Positions 1 to 9,535 of a stretch of DNA of 12,118 bases are shown here, piece by piece (position 1 is the stretch's first letter; every line of letters begins with the position of its first letter). The stretch is from positions 1-12,118 of the forward strand of contig VJWM01000420.1 in NCBI GenBank assembly GCA_010909165.1, in the 5' to 3' direction. The notes under the pieces are model-generated. The model did not search any database. It was given only the letters and a program-made list of their open reading frames with translations, and was not told the origin of the DNA. The DNA is from Anthoceros angustus. Lineage: Eukaryota; Plantae; Anthocerotophyta. Position numbers and translations under genes: made by a program.

Positions 1-224
1 ATCCTCTTCATCTTCCTAACAATATCCTACAACTCCGGAGATTCTCGAAAATTTCTTGGCATGCTCCTCTTCAATCGTTCTAGCCAAAAAATCAAACTTG
101 TTTGTCTTGAGCTCTTTTGGGCTGGTTGCCCAACTTTTTGCGTTCCTACGCCGCAGTCCACACACACGGAAGATGTCCAGTGCCCGGATTACGGCTCCTG
201 CCTCATGCGGTTTTCGGCATGTGA

Positions 225-470
225 TCGTTCTTCACACCAAAGTGTCCCAAAGATCTTGTGCACCTTGGTCACCAATGGTTTCCTTTCTTCCACGCAGGCG
301 GCACCTCTTTGTTGATCCCTCGATCGACCTATGAGCACCTTACCATCCTTGTACACATAGCGAGCAATTCTTACTGCGACGGAAGATACTTCATCCAAAT
401 CGAGGCATGTCCGTCTCTCAAGCTGAATGGCGTGTTCGAGCTACCATATGTCCAGGTCCGAAATTTGGGT
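225..470 (-). mobile_element. Degenerate Ty3/gypsy-type pol remnant (RNase H-integrase linker and start of the integrase zinc-binding H2C2 domain)
   Basis: Minus-strand translation joined across frameshifts and one stop: DLDIW*...RIARYVYKDGKVLIG...INKEVPP..EERKPLVTKVHKI-GHFGVK. This matches the 'VPP.EER..L...H..GHFG.K' signature of gypsy integrase N-termini. The CxxC half and the DDE core are not visible. Confidence 0.65.
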
Positions 471-514
471 AGCGCATGGTGACAATGTTCTTCTCTACTA
501 GGCGCCAGGCTCCC

Positions 515-980
515 AAACCTCCGCCCGCCTTCTTGGTTCCCACACTCACACGCGGGTGTGTCCTGTGAGTGGTGGCGATAATGCTCCCGCTTAAGTTCGC
601 GCCGCGATGGCCTCGATTCGGGCGATGGCGCGTGAGGTGCGCAGGCATCGGAAGAGATAGCGCCCGGGCGGGATGCGCAAGTACCTGGCGCCGGGAAGTG
701 ATCGAGAAGAATGGCCTTCTCTCGATGTCGGGCGTAATGGCGAAGCGTGAGGGCGTCCTTCGCTACATGGCGCGAGTCTTGCCGTGTACTCTGCCGCCGC
801 CGCCACCGGCGCATGTACCGCGGGTGGTTTACCTACCCACCCGCCCGCGGCAACCTGCGGTCTGGATCATTTCACATACGTTCTCCTCTCGGCCCCCGTG
901 GCCCCGCCAATTCGCTCCCTCCCTTTCCCGGTTACTTTTCGGCGGACTTATCGTGGCCTACTCCGGAGTTCGATCCGGGC
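515..980 (+). repeat. GC-rich dispersed repeat, copy A (diverged direct homolog of ~11632-12118; possibly LTR/UTR-like)
   Basis: Collinear short matches at a near-constant offset of ~11.12-11.14 kb: cacacgcgggtg/cacacgccagtg, cgcgtgaggtgc/cgcgtaaggtgc (629/11758), gtaatggcgaag/gtaaccggcgaag (734/11863), cggcaacctgcggtc/cggcaaccctacggtc (848/11987), cgtggccccgcc/cgtggctctgcc (897/12031), gttacttt (931/12067), cctactccgg (957/12094). Confidence 0.7.
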
Positions 981-1089
981 CCATCTCGGAGCGGCCTACT
1001 CCGGTTGATCGGGCGGCCTACTCCGGAGTTCATCCGGGCGGCCTACTCCGAGTTCGATCGGGCGGCCTACTCGGAGTTCATCCGGTGCA
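955..1089 (+). repeat. Minisatellite, ~5 copies of a 22-26 bp unit (consensus GGCCTACTCCGGAGTTCGATCCGGGC)
   Basis: Units start at 955, 993, 1015, 1040 and 1064 and differ mainly by small indels. There are no unique spacers apart from one ~12 bp insert. Confidence 0.9.
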
Positions 1090-1280
1090 CCTGAGTTTAG
1101 TCCGGGTGGCCTCTGCCGGGTTTCTCACACTACCCGCCTCATTACTTCCAGTCGCCCATCACCATTTCCTCTTTTCACAACCTTATTTCCCTTTCCCGCT
1201 TTATTTTCCACTCCACACTAACGAAAAAAACAAAAAAAATAGTTTATTACCTTCCTAAGGGGGAGAGTCCGCAGTCCACA

Positions 1281-1430
1281 GTTAGCTCTTGGTTTGTCGT
1301 GATAGTGATGTTTTTTTACAGGTTTCGTCTAGTGGCACTTGGTACAACTTTTAGCTCAATTTGTGCTCATGCTAGTTCTTGCTTTGTAGAGATAGTGTTG
1401 TTTTTAATTTTTACAAGCATTGTCTACAAG
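1281..1430 (+). repeat. Degenerate ~90 bp-period duplication in AT-rich DNA
   Basis: ttagctcttggtttgtcgtgatagtgatgttttttt (~1282) versus ctagttcttgctttgtagagatagtgttgttttt (~1372), each followed by tttaca...gtcta. Confidence 0.5.
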
Positions 1431-3223
1431 TCTCTGCACGGCTAATCACTGACGTGAGTCTTGGTTGCAAGTTTGTGAAAAGGTCAAAAGTGGCTCAAGT
1501 TCATCATCTACAAAGTCTCGCCAGCAACATAATTTCAAGTGTATGGTGACAACATATCAAAAGTATCTTGGGTTGGACCACTAGCTCAAATTTGAGCGGA
1601 CTCAAAGCTTATTTGAACAGACTACAAGCTTTAGATTCGTTCAGGTGTGATGGAACGCTACATTATTTAAAAGAAAAACCGTTATCAGCTTAGGAACATT
1701 CACCAATGTTCCAAGCGTTCACCAAGCAAGCAACACCTTGGCTTTTAAACAAACCTACACTTCTAAAGAACTCCAACACTAAAAACCAATAGCAAACCTT
1801 GCACATTCACATCATCGCTGCATAAGCAGTCCTGCTGCCTTGCACTTACTTATGCACTTATTGCGAGCCATCTTTCTCTTCCTTGTCGTATCTCACTTGT
1901 TTGAGTTGGAACAGCTCCACATACGATGGAGGATTTTAGAATGTTCTCGAGTCCAACCGGGCATCCACATTGACATCCTCTTCATTCACGGCCACCATGT
2001 TAGGCAATTGCTGGTGGTTGGACAATGTTTCCCCTACCAATCCATGTCATTGGCATGGCTCACCCGTTGCAAAGTCCGTATAGCGTTTCCCAAACCCTGA
2101 CTACATGCAAGCTGCCTTGGCTAGAAACACAGCAAGTTAGCACTCATCACACTTTGAATCCACTTGTAGTTTTAGAATGCAACCAAAGGATAACCAGTTG
2201 TCCTTGTACAATATGGTTTGCCACCTCTCTCCTCACACATGAGATGCAAATGAACCGCCTTGCCAACTTTGAATCAAAGCCATAAACCTTTCTCGGAAGG
2301 ATACATCATCACTACACAAGAAAGGACTGACGAGGCATGGTGGAACCATGATACCCTATAATATCATCCATGTTGCATTTCAAAGCCCTCAATGTTTCCT
2401 TTTGACTCCATCATCTTAGCTTCAACTAATCTAATCAACTCCACTAACTCCTTTTGATTCTTGTCTAGTTTGTCCATCACTGCTGTTGTATATGAAGCTT
2501 GTATATCAAGCTTCGATATTATAATTAAAATTGTCCAACAAAGTTCTCCTATTTCCACGGAGGTCGAGTGACTTCGTAAAGGAAATGTAGACTGACTTCT
2601 GCGCCTTGGAGCTTGTGACCATATGTGATATTGGCACAAGATATGTTGTCATCTTCAATACACAATCTCTTTGCCGTTCATAATACTCACTATTCCTTTG
2701 CACTATATCTGCCAAGTATTCTGGATCTACAAATTCCTCCACCTTATGAGATACCCTGATGCCACTTACTTCATCGCCGATAGGAGGCCAAGAATGTATA
2801 AAATCCAATATGTTCCTGGTAACAAAATACCCTTCACCACACTGCAAAGTTTGCTCTTCATCTATAAGAAACTTCGTCAAACCTATCTCAAGGTATGCTT
2901 GGTTCCGTCTCAATTTGCAAGGTACCAAACGAGTTACACAGTAAGGGTTGATGAAAGCTTCTGTCAATGCAACTCCTGGACAACCCCTAGGTGAAGCACA
3001 AAAGTTTCTCAATTCTTCGAGGATGTATGTTGTCTCATAAATGTATAAAAACCACGCGTTGTGTGACTTGACAAGTATATGTCAACAAAATCGCCAATCG
3101 CTCCTCCTGTATTCTATAAAGATATCCATACCATTGTAGACTATGGAAATAAGATTGTAGCCAATATGTATTGATGAGATAACATTCCCAAGTCCACCTT
3201 GGAAAAAACGATTTCAAGACCAC

Positions 3224-3318
3224 CTTAAGAAAAACAAAGTTAGTGCAACGTTCAAATATAAGTTACCACCTTTGTCAACCTCTTCACCTCAAAAACTTCC
3301 GAAAAGAAAAACATTTAC
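3224..3318 (-). other. Spliceosomal intron (95 bp, phase 0) in the COR region
   Basis: ..CCG AGG TTT CGT|GTAAAT...CACTAAC (branch point)...TTTTTCTTAAG|GTG GTC. Splicing gives PRFR|V, like the family FPRxQV motif. Confidence 0.8.
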
Positions 3319-4510
3319 ACGAAACCTCGGAAAAACCCTCGATTAAGAAAGTTCGAACATCTTGACATTATGGCGCGCCTATAAACTCATAGTTTACATC
3401 ATTGTCATGTGTAGTTGGCCATTGTAGAGATCTTTCGTAGTTGAGCCTGCGATTGATGGTTGTTGGAATGAAGAACCCTTATTTTCCATATCTAGGTGCC
3501 TCGTAACATAACTCCAACTCCAACATAATATTCACCAAGTCTTGAGTCTCAAGTCCGGTATAGCCCTTTGTAAAGTCAGTAAGAGCTAACTGGAGTACCT
3601 CTTGTTCTACAAATCCTTCAGTAGCATGCTCTAAAAGTAGATTATGTGGTTGTATGAGATGACCTAGAAAGTTATGAGTAATCCAATTAGGATTAATTAC
3701 TATTATATTTTTATATTTCAACTGGATAATTTTTCCAACATCATGAAGATAGGATGAAATGGCAGATATTATGTTCTTTTGGTCATCTGACTGAAACTGA
3801 TTCAACTCCTTAAGCTGTTGTACACAATAGCTTTCAAATTCCTTTTGCTGCATCAAAGGTTGAAAAGGATTTTTTGATACCCATTTTATCAACTTACCCA
3901 ATTTCTCACATATATGGAACTTCTTGAGTCTTGCAAGTTTTTAAGCTTTTGGATACCTCATGTGCTACATTTTTCATATATTTCATGGAATAGGCCTTGA
4001 TAATTTTCATTCTTGGAATTACGTCTATTAAATCTGAAAACTCTTCTCCTAGATCCTCCATTTTTTTGTTTAATAGACTTTCAATAATTTGTTCTTTTCT
4101 TTTAAATTTATCTAAGTACGTAATTATAACCAATAATTTTGGTTTCACTTCACTTCCCTGCTTGACATTAGATGCAATAAATGTTAGCCAATACTTCAAT
4201 TCATCCTCAAACCTTCTTTTCAATTCTTTGTTAGCCATAATCTCTAACTCATGGTTAAAGGGACTAAACACGAACGAAAAAAGACAAGCTTGGTGAATAT
4301 TAGGAAAGAGATAATCATGGAGAATGCGAAATTCAGCCTGGCCGGCCAGATCCCAAATGCTTACTTGCAGATCTTCGTCGTTGTCGAAAATATGTTCGAT
4401 TTCTATCCCTTTTGTCATCTCCCACGGCATTCGCACATTCGTCATGCAAGTTGGCACCACTCTCCATCGTTGAGAATAGTGGACCATGCCTCGACGAATT
4501 GTGCTTTTCC

Positions 4511-4588
4511 CTGCAAATATTTATGAGAGATTATATTAGATATTCACAAAAAGCAACTCATGTACAAGTTTTGTAGCAAAAGAAGTAC
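4511..4588 (-). other. Spliceosomal intron (78 bp, phase 1) splitting the ROC P-loop glycine codon
   Basis: GCA G|GTACTT...ATATTTGCAG|GG AAA AGC ACA. Removing it restores GSPKAGKST in frame with the 3906-4487 ORF. Confidence 0.9.
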
Positions 4589-6948
4589 CTGCTTTTGGCG
4601 ATCCACAAAGAAAGAATCTACCCACTTTTGGCCATACAAATTTGAAGACTTGCCGATATAATGCAGGTAAATATGCAACCTGCTGACTATTCCGTCGCAC
4701 AGCCTCCCTCAACAAAGCACTTTTCCCTTCCATTTCCCATTGCGCATTATCTATTTCTATAGATATCAAAGATTCATTCGAAATATACTTGCATAAGATC
4801 TGAATATTTTTGAAGTCAATGTTCTATATCCGAATATCAAGTTTTGTATAGTTGTATTCTCCCTAAGGATGTAAAAACTATATCACTAAACTTTTAAAAA
4901 TCTCCTCCCAATTTCAATTTCTTGAGGGCTCTGGCCTTGTCTACTTCGAGTCCCGTTTCGTGATCTCTCAAGTTATCACTCACGGACTGTATCTCGCAGA
5001 CTTCCAGCACAGTATTCGTGCGTAGTACCAAATTTATATATGCCACAGACTTATGTGGCATGTAATAAATTACGAGCCTAGTGACAGATCTATTGCCCAC
5101 CGTCACATGTCCCTCAGTGCTGGTTTCTCCGAATCCAGTGCTAAGCAATATTCCCATCTCCACGGCTCCCATTAGACCAATTTGCAACTCATGCAACGTT
5201 GTGTTCCTGGCCAGGGCTTTGCCGATTATTCTCGCTTCTTCCAATGTCCAATTGTTGCCGATAATGTTCAAATCACGCAAGCAGGGGCATATACCGTGAG
5301 CGAGCAGCGCCGCTATTTGTCCCCCCAATCTCCTCATCGCGTCGTTCCATGACAGGTCCAGGACGCGGAGCGCGGAGTGGGGGGCAGCGCTCAGTGCGCT
5401 CACCAGCTCCCCCAACCTGTTCCCATTCAGGTTGACCCCTGCCAGTATCAACTCGTGGAGCGTGCGACTGACGCGCAGGAGGCCTCCCAAAGCTTTACAT
5501 CCAGCCGCGCTGCCCATCCCAATACAACCTGTAACATCCAGCTTGTGTAAGGCGGAGGTGTCGGATATGGATGCCAGCCCCCAACAGAGCCTCCACCTCT
5601 TCCACTCCCATCCCCGCCGATTCCATACTGCCCGCAACCGGATGGTTTCGAGTAGGACAATGGCCGATGGCAGAGAGCACCTGCAGTCGCACTTCCTCCA
5701 CCGCTCCCTCCACCGCTTTGTCGGCACCGGTGCGGCAGAAGGCCGAAGAAGAGTCCCGAACCTGTCATCGCTTAGATCGTCTTCAAGAACAGTGCGCAGT
5801 GGCGGACTGTTGGATGAAGAGGCAGAAGCTGCATCAGCTGGCCATGGGCCGGCGCCCAGCTCGGCCAGAAGCTGCTGCAACGCAACGGAAGCGGCTCCTC
5901 ATCCGCATCCTCGAAATTCGAGCCCGCCATGCCAATTCTCCACTGCTGACACGGCCCACGGGGCTACCAGATCCGACTCCGGACCAGTACCCCACCTCCG
6001 AATTCACACACGCGTTTCCGACGAGAACCTACAGTACAGGATGCCAAGCCCCTGCACCTGGGAACACGAAGCTATCATCAGCACCACTGCCGGGCAACCT
6101 GCCCCAGCCACCACTATCAGCAGCACTGCACCAATTGCAGGCCCACCACTTGCAGCTCATGATCAGCATGCACGCTCCAGCTTGCCATCACAACAATCAC
6201 CCTCGCATGCTCAAAGCCATCCGGATGGGCACAAACATTGGCACCACTTTACCGGCAACTGCAACTGCAACGCCCATCGCACCCTACGCTCACACACGTC
6301 CCCGGCCGGACACTGCCATTCACGCGTGCAGGCACCTGCAGCTCACCAACCCACAAAGCCAGCACTGGCATGATCACAACACCTCGAGCTCATGGCCAGT
6401 CACAGGTACCTCTGTGGCAACGTATCTATGCGTGCGAGGGCAGAGGAGACTAGTCTACCATCTACCTGCATCATCTGGAGACGCTCTTTCCACCACCACA
6501 AAGCCTGCATCCAGTGGACAGCCTCGCTACACCCCCGTGCTGCAGCCTACGTTTTGTAGGCCTGCACACCACGCGCTGGAGAAGCTTCTGGGACACTTTC
6601 CTGCTCCAAGCGCTCCCCAACCTCCTTCCTGGCCACGTGCTTTAACAGCTGTTCAGCACCACTGTCTCCAGAGAATATCCCGGTGACAGTCGTCAACGGT
6701 TTAAAACTAGGATTGGCCCCGGGTCTAGAGCTGCAAAGTGCGCGGCGGACCCACCCCATCACCAGGTACCACACACTACTCGAACAGGGAGTCAAGAATG
6801 TCAACAGTGTCGGCGCACAGTCTCCAAACAGTTTTGGAGCAATTATCATCTAGGAAGCGGAAGAGGGTGGAACTTTCCTCGGCAAATCACATTATCAGTG
6901 CAGGGATGACTCCACCTAGCTGACATGCCGAGAATGAACAGAGCATAC

Positions 6949-7676
6949 CAACTGAAGTTCAAACCGGTCCGTTGTGGGTTTCAGGACTTCCATGTCAGCT
7001 AGATCGTCTGCAAGGTAACGCCATTCTCCATTCACAAGAAGGGAAAAGGATGCAAACATGGCAGCCTGATGCATCTTCTCCATGCGACAAAGCAGGCTCA
7101 AGTCCAAGTACCAGTAACACAATCACTGACCCTCACTAATATCACAATCCACAATATCTGCAATCCAAGCCCGTGCACTGGCTGTAGAACCGTCTGAGCA
7201 GTCGATGAAATCCAGTGTGACAAGATTCAGCACGCTCTCACTTTGCCACCTACCATCGGCATGAGATGTCGCTTTGCTTCATTCTGATCCTCAACAATAG
7301 CCAGCTGACCACTCGACGATGCCCCTCTGCAATTAGTTGCATGTCCCCAGGTCGATCACCTTGCACCCATTCCATAGTCAGGACCCTCTTGGTAGTCATA
7401 GCAGGCGGGGTACAACCACCATGTACTTCAAGTGAGCACGTGCTTACAAGGGAAAGCCACCAATTGTGATCCCATCAACCAGAGTCCAAGGAATAAAGCT
7501 GCCAGAAGGATGGCTACATGTTACGACAGCTCTGGAGCAACTGCTGCTTGGACAATCCAAAAACTCCATGAGAAAAAGGTTCGATCCATACTCAAAATTC
7601 TTCCACATTTGTGGCCTCCACGTTGTAGTCAAGCTCCCATGCAGACCCCGTCCAAGCTCATCAGCCAAACCTAACC
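6949..7676 (-). pseudogene. ABC1K4-like: Internal fragment of an ABC1/UbiB atypical kinase (ABC1K4/At2g39190-like), three exons with introns
   Basis: Exon 7676-7592 reads LADELGRGLHG-ELDYNVEATNVEEF*. Intron 7591-7443 runs GTATGG..TAAG. Exon 7442-7254 reads ..VVP..TTKRVLTMEWVQGDRPGD..EAKRHLM. Exon 7111-6949 reads YLDLSLLCRMEKMHQAAMFASFSLLVNGEWRYLADDLADMEVLKP, followed by a GTATGC donor. It has an in-frame stop, indels, DFG degraded to DLS, and no N- or C-terminus. Confidence 0.8.
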
Positions 7677-7832
7677 CTGCCACAACAAAACCACCGCCAA
7701 TTCAACAAACACGACGAACACCAAAATCATCTTACAAAACAGAACAACAAAGCCGCACGCATCATCCTTTCAGAACAAAGCCAGTCTCGGCAAGTAAACC
7801 CTGCCGGTAAGTAAACCCCTAACGGTGCCGAC

Positions 7833-8415
7833 CTTCGTATCACAGCACGTCTTGGTGGCAGTGAATTTCACATCAATCGGCAAGAAGGCTAATGGAACTG
7901 CTGGTGGCACCACAAACTTTATGGTCCCATTCCGATTGGTATTATCAATTAAGGTGATGGACCATTCCAGGTCCAGGACGGACTTTGGTGCATCATACGT
8001 CCAGTCTCCATCAACTTGATTCAAGCTTGGTGGATCCTTTGCCGCAAAGGTGGCAAGGGTATGCTGATTACAACATTCTTCAGATCAAATGCTTTTGAGG
8101 CTTCACACTCGATGTTGATCCAACATTCCCCGCCAGAGACAGAGGGCCGGCAGTTTATGCCAAGAGGAACAAGAGGGTCCTGCTTGCTTTGCACTCGCCA
8201 ATTCAATATGCCCCAGGTCCACCAGTTGGAAAAGGTCTGTTCGGCTCCTTCAAGCCGAGTATATTTTGTCTTAGATACAGGTTCTGTGTCAATGAGGGGA
8301 TGGTTCTTGAATTGGAAACTTTTTTTTTCACCCGTTTCAATCTGAACTTGAAGAAACGTTTCTTATTGTTTTTGACCAACTAACGCCATTGTACCCTGCA
8401 CTTCAAAATTCTCGG
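7833..8415 (-). pseudogene. delta-COP: Coatomer subunit delta C-terminal mu-homology domain fragment
   Basis: Joined frames read NFEVQGTMAL..QVQIETG..FQFKNHP..NILGLKEPNRPFPTG..NWRVQSKQDPLVPLGINCRPSVSGGECWINIECEAS..FDLKNVVISIPLP..QVDGDWTYD..LEWSITLIDNTNRNGTIKFVVPPA..FLPIDVKFTAT. It ends at a putative donor AAG|GT (7833/7832). The longin N-terminus and the last exon are absent, there are several frameshifts, and the conserved INCWPS reads INCRPS. Confidence 0.88.
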
Positions 8416-8459
8416 CATAATGAAGAACTTTGATGTAACGTGAATGGTTGCTTGTTCAC

Positions 8460-8637
8460 CTAAAGTAGAAGGCTAGACGATAGTGCCACCAACAGAGCTT
8501 TCACAGCTTGTTGCTGCCTACGAGCAGGAAAGTGGATATTCTGCAAACTATGAGCACTTAAGTCCCTTGTATCTAACTACCTGAATGTAGCGAGAAATAA
8601 ATCCGGGTTCATGCCTGTTTCGTATCCTAGACCAAAC
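8460..8637 (-). other. Two candidate small exons of an unidentified gene (8637-8581, 57 bp; 8540-8460, 81 bp)
   Basis: TGTGCAG|GTTTGG...TTCAG|GTAGTT and TTTGCAG|AATATC...TTTAG|GTGAAC. Both lengths are multiples of 3. The phase-0 reading is VWSRIRNRHEPGFISRYIQ/NIHFPARR... The intervening intron would be only 40 bp, and no family is recognised. Confidence 0.3.
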
Positions 8638-9153
8638 CTGCACAATCAACGATTTCCAGTTCAACCTGTCTACTACTAAGTCTCATCTATACTTCTCACA
8701 AGACCGGTAGATCAAGGTGCACAGAGGAGCAGGGCACAAACCTTCAAGTTCATCTCTTGGTGTGACTTGAGATACATTGGAAACCATGAAATGGATACTT
8801 TTGGGCTCCCAAATCCCACAAGTGACTATCTGACGACAAATGCAGTCACCGGGAGCAACAAATCCACCAACATGGCTACAGGCTTACAGCTGCCGTCACA
8901 GATACAAGACAGAGTAAGTATCTGCACCTACATATCTCTTCCACCGCAGGATCATGAGACTGGCCAGAAAATCTGTGCACCAATGATAGTTCAGGCAGGC
9001 TTGTTCATATTGGAGTGTTTAGAACAGCTGATCACAGTCCTCCTATCGACCTTTGTATAGTCCTTCCTATGCACTGCGCTACCCAACACCAGAGGCTTGC
9101 AAGACATGATCTGTAGGAAAATAGCGAGAACGAGCTCCTCCTGGAACCAGGAA

Positions 9154-9312
9154 ATTGACAGACTGCCTGCAAGAGATATGGTGACTTGGAGTTCTGTGCT
9201 GCATGGCTACGCTGAACATGGGGATGGAAAAATGGCAATGCAGTGTTTCAAGGAAACGTGGGAACATGTTAAGACAGATGGCGGCACTGCGTTTACTTCT
9301 CTTGTCGCACGC
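9154..9312 (+). pseudogene. Isolated PLS-class pentatricopeptide repeat (PPR) fragment
   Basis: IDRLPARDMVTWSSVLHGYAEHGDGKMAMQCFKETWEHVKTDGGTAFTSLVA matches the plant PLS pattern FDxMPxRDVVxWxxMIxGYAxHGxxxxAxxxFxxM...KPDxxTFxSLL. Only about 1.5 motifs are present. Confidence 0.8.
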
Positions 9313-9424
9313 TCTTCGTTTTCTTACATCTTGAGAAGACCTTACAGACCTGCAATTCAGTATGGATAGCCTCAACTGTACCAGGGCCAGCATCCTTCCA
9401 ACACTTTTCAGTGTACCTGTTCCG

Positions 9425-9535
9425 CAGCAGCAAAGTGTTTTGGCAACAGCAGCAGCAAAGTGTTGTGGCAACAACACGTTACAACAAAGTGCTCCGGCAA
9501 AAGCAGCAGCAGTAAGTGTTTCGGCAGCAGCAACT
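9425..9535 (+). repeat. Imperfect tandem repeat, ~4 units of (CAG/CAA)n-AAGTGTTNYGGCA
   Basis: cagcagcaaagtgttttggcaa / cagcagcagcaaagtgttgtggcaa / ..caacaaagtgctccggcaa / ..cagcagcagtaagtgtttcggcag. Confidence 0.75.

Larger units (their letters stand above)
1779..5930 (-). pseudogene. TRN1-like: TORNADO1-like ROCO protein (RI-like LRRs + ROC GTPase + COR + TRN1-type C-terminus), three exons, frameshifted in this sequence
   Basis: Probable ATG at 5930 (MAGSNFEDADEEPLP.. then frameshift to LQQLLAELG). LRRs include LHKLDVTGC, LHELILAGVNL, LRVLDLSWN, LRDLNIIGN and NTTLHELQI. Spliced P-loop FFLCGSPKAGKST, then G2 TKGIEI, G3 IWDLAGQAEF and G4-like ITYLDK. COR motifs are YLHDVGKII, INPNWITHNFLGHLI, LELELCYE and FPRF. 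TRN1-family C-terminal motifs are FCASPRGCPGVAL, LHLMCEE (~2230-2250) and FQLKQVRY (~1890-1910). The ORF-track pieces 4894-5880, 4536-4769, 3906-4487, 3479-3901, 2506-3012 and 2364-2639 are collinear. Both ends are approximate. Confidence 0.85.

Noticed and set aside
680-760. Minus-strand ALTLRHYARHREKAILLDH as a gypsy RNase H motif
   Set aside because: The resemblance is loose, and the segment lies inside repeat A, whose copy B does not keep the motif.
955-1089. CRISPR-like array of ~25 bp partly palindromic repeats
   Set aside because: The units are head-to-tail without unique spacers, there are no cas genes, and the context is eukaryotic with introns.
569-1258. 229 aa plus-strand ORF
   Set aside because: It runs through GC-rich repeat and minisatellite DNA, and I could not follow a conserved protein frame in copy B.
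1581-1597. Perfect palindrome GCTCAAATTTGAGC next to CTAG as a Helitron 3' end
   Set aside because: The CTAG overlaps the palindrome instead of lying ~10-12 nt downstream, and the stem is AT-centred rather than GC-rich.
1840-4526. Plus-strand ORFs 1840-2100, 2025-2285, 2671-2994, 3997-4296 and 4251-4526
   Set aside because: They are antisense shadows of the ROCO coding sequence.
5432-6686. Long plus-strand ORFs (313 aa and 371 aa)
   Set aside because: They are partly antisense to the GC-rich LRR exon and otherwise low-complexity, with no recognisable domain. They are likely shadow ORFs.
6547-6849. Continuation of the ABC1K gene (NPSFKP resembles DPxFKT)
   Set aside because: It is only a 4-5 residue resemblance, and the flanking PPY..LVLRSL motif is not seen.
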